Assembly (NCBI RefSeq): GCF_009914755.1
Contig: NC_060928.1
DNA: 64,000 nucleotides
Strand: one strand, 5' to 3'
DNA from: the human T2T-CHM13v2.0 reference genome, Homo sapiens
This document shows, piece after piece, positions 62,521-64,000 of this stretch. The notes below the pieces were generated by a model. It made no database searches. It worked only from the letters and a program-made list of their open reading frames with translations, and was not told where the DNA came from. Numbering within the stretch: position 1 is the stretch's first letter; each line of letters starts with the position of its first letter. The position numbers were made by a program, and so were the translations under genes.

Positions 62521-63714
62521 CTGAGATTGCCATTTGAGGCTTCAGTTCTCCTGTGAAGTGGCAGTCAAGCACATCTGCTGAGTAGGTGTAGGCCAGAAGT
62601 TTAAGGAAAGTAAAGGAGGTTTGGAATAGCGTTGAGAAGGATGTGAGTGTTAATGTTGGCTAAGGAGACAATGATATCAACTCCACAGTGACTAGCACTT
62701 AGTAGTCACTCAATAAATGTACATATACACAAATATACATAGAATGAATGAATAAATACATTTCAAATGGTATTGCTGTGATTATTAGTTGTAGACTCAT
62801 TTGTATGATTTTATCTGATAGGAGTGAACCACTTAATTAGAGGGAGTGTCTAAAAAAGGCAGAGAGTTGGGATTTTGCCAGGCAGGGATGATGAAAGAAA
62901 AGTAGGTGGGGATATTTAGGATGATACTTAAGTAATAGATTATGACGTTTACTGTGAAGAAGGAGGAAGTGAAAGCAAAAAGTTGTGAATGGAAAGGTCA
63001 ATGGACTGGCAGTCCTGGGAATGTTAGTGAACTGGCATGTGAAGGCATAAGCTAGAAGGGTTGGAAGTTGAAGTCCATGATGCGATGTCAGACTGTTATT
63101 CAGAAGGAAGAATTATCCCTTGTCATAGGTCTAGGTTGTCTATTGGAATGGAGGTAAATGAATTTGAAATGAGAAAGCCTAAGAATTGAGAAGTCAGCTT
63201 CTTGGATAGTCCATCCATAGATCTAGGGGTATACCAGATATTTTTTCCTCTTTGAGATCCTTCCCCTGGGCCCTATCCCACCACTACCCTACCATCCAGA
63301 CTCACTAAAAGTACCTGAATTCAGATGTGACAGCAAACTTAAGCACCTGAAGGGGCCATGGTATGGCTCAATGCCAGGTATTGAGCTATGAGACAGAGTT
63401 GTAGTGGACATTTTTGGTTTTATTTATTTTATCACCTGTCATTCATTCATTTTATGTTAACTGTACCTCTCTTGCCTTGTGGGGAAACCAATCCCATTTT
63501 TCAGTCTTGATCCATACATGCTCATGGAGTTGTCATCCCTCCATCTGGAATCTCCCTCTAGAAGTCTCCTGTGTCTGGGTCTAGCTAAAAGAAGATTTCA
63601 CTCAACTTGTCACAATGACTATTTCATCATCCAATTGGTGGCACCTGCAGGGACTGTTGTGCGGAAGCACTACATTTTCTGAACACTGAATCCTGGCAGG
63701 ATATGTCTTTCAAT

Positions 63715-63910
63715 TTGCTATCAGTCATCCAGCCACTACCTAAGGACTAAGAATGAAGTCAGCACAGAAGAAAGAGCCAAAATGTGAAAATGAAACTAAA
63801 TTTTGATGACATCTATTGAAGCCCTGCATCAACACTGCTGCTGGAAGCAAACTCTGCTCCTAGATATTTCCGTTATATGAGTCAATACTTTCCCTTATAA
63901 TTGCCTACGA
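63715..63910 (+). mobile_element. Old MLT1 (J/K/L-like) LTR fragment
   Basis: GAATGAAGTCAGCACAGAAGAAAG...TGATGACATCTATTGAAGCCCTGCATCA...GTTATATGAGTCAATA. Confidence 0.55.
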
Positions 63911-64000
63911 TACAAGAATCTTCTCTATCACTGGCTCCATTGTCTGTGTTTATCCACTAAACATTTATTAGCTTTCCTGTACCTCAGTAGGTATAAATGG

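Overview
AT-rich, CpG-poor primate (most likely human) intergenic or deep-intronic DNA made up mostly of interspersed repeats. I see no supportable host protein-coding gene, tRNA/rRNA, CRISPR or other prokaryotic-type system. The supplied ORFs are Alu/L1/LTR read-throughs, microsatellite translations or chance ORFs. Main contents: a full-length L1PA7-like element (44149-50928), a near-full-length L1MA-type element (3830-10424), a twin-primed L1PA8-like insertion carrying an apparent ~220-bp 3' transduction (35626-39789), a nested LTR cluster (MLT1H host, HERV-K LTR5, MLT1A, LTR10 with an AP-1 VNTR; 19076-22050), a decayed ERVL pol remnant with its LTR (27000-29825), ten Alus, and many MaLR/L2/MIR fragments. 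The best leads are the 3' transduction, the back-to-back LTR5/LTR10 module, an unexplained ~245-bp diverged direct repeat (56801-57046 / 58690-58930) and an Alu whose A-tail appears to have been flipped. Repeat subfamily names come from my recall of consensus sequences and need RepeatMasker/Dfam confirmation.
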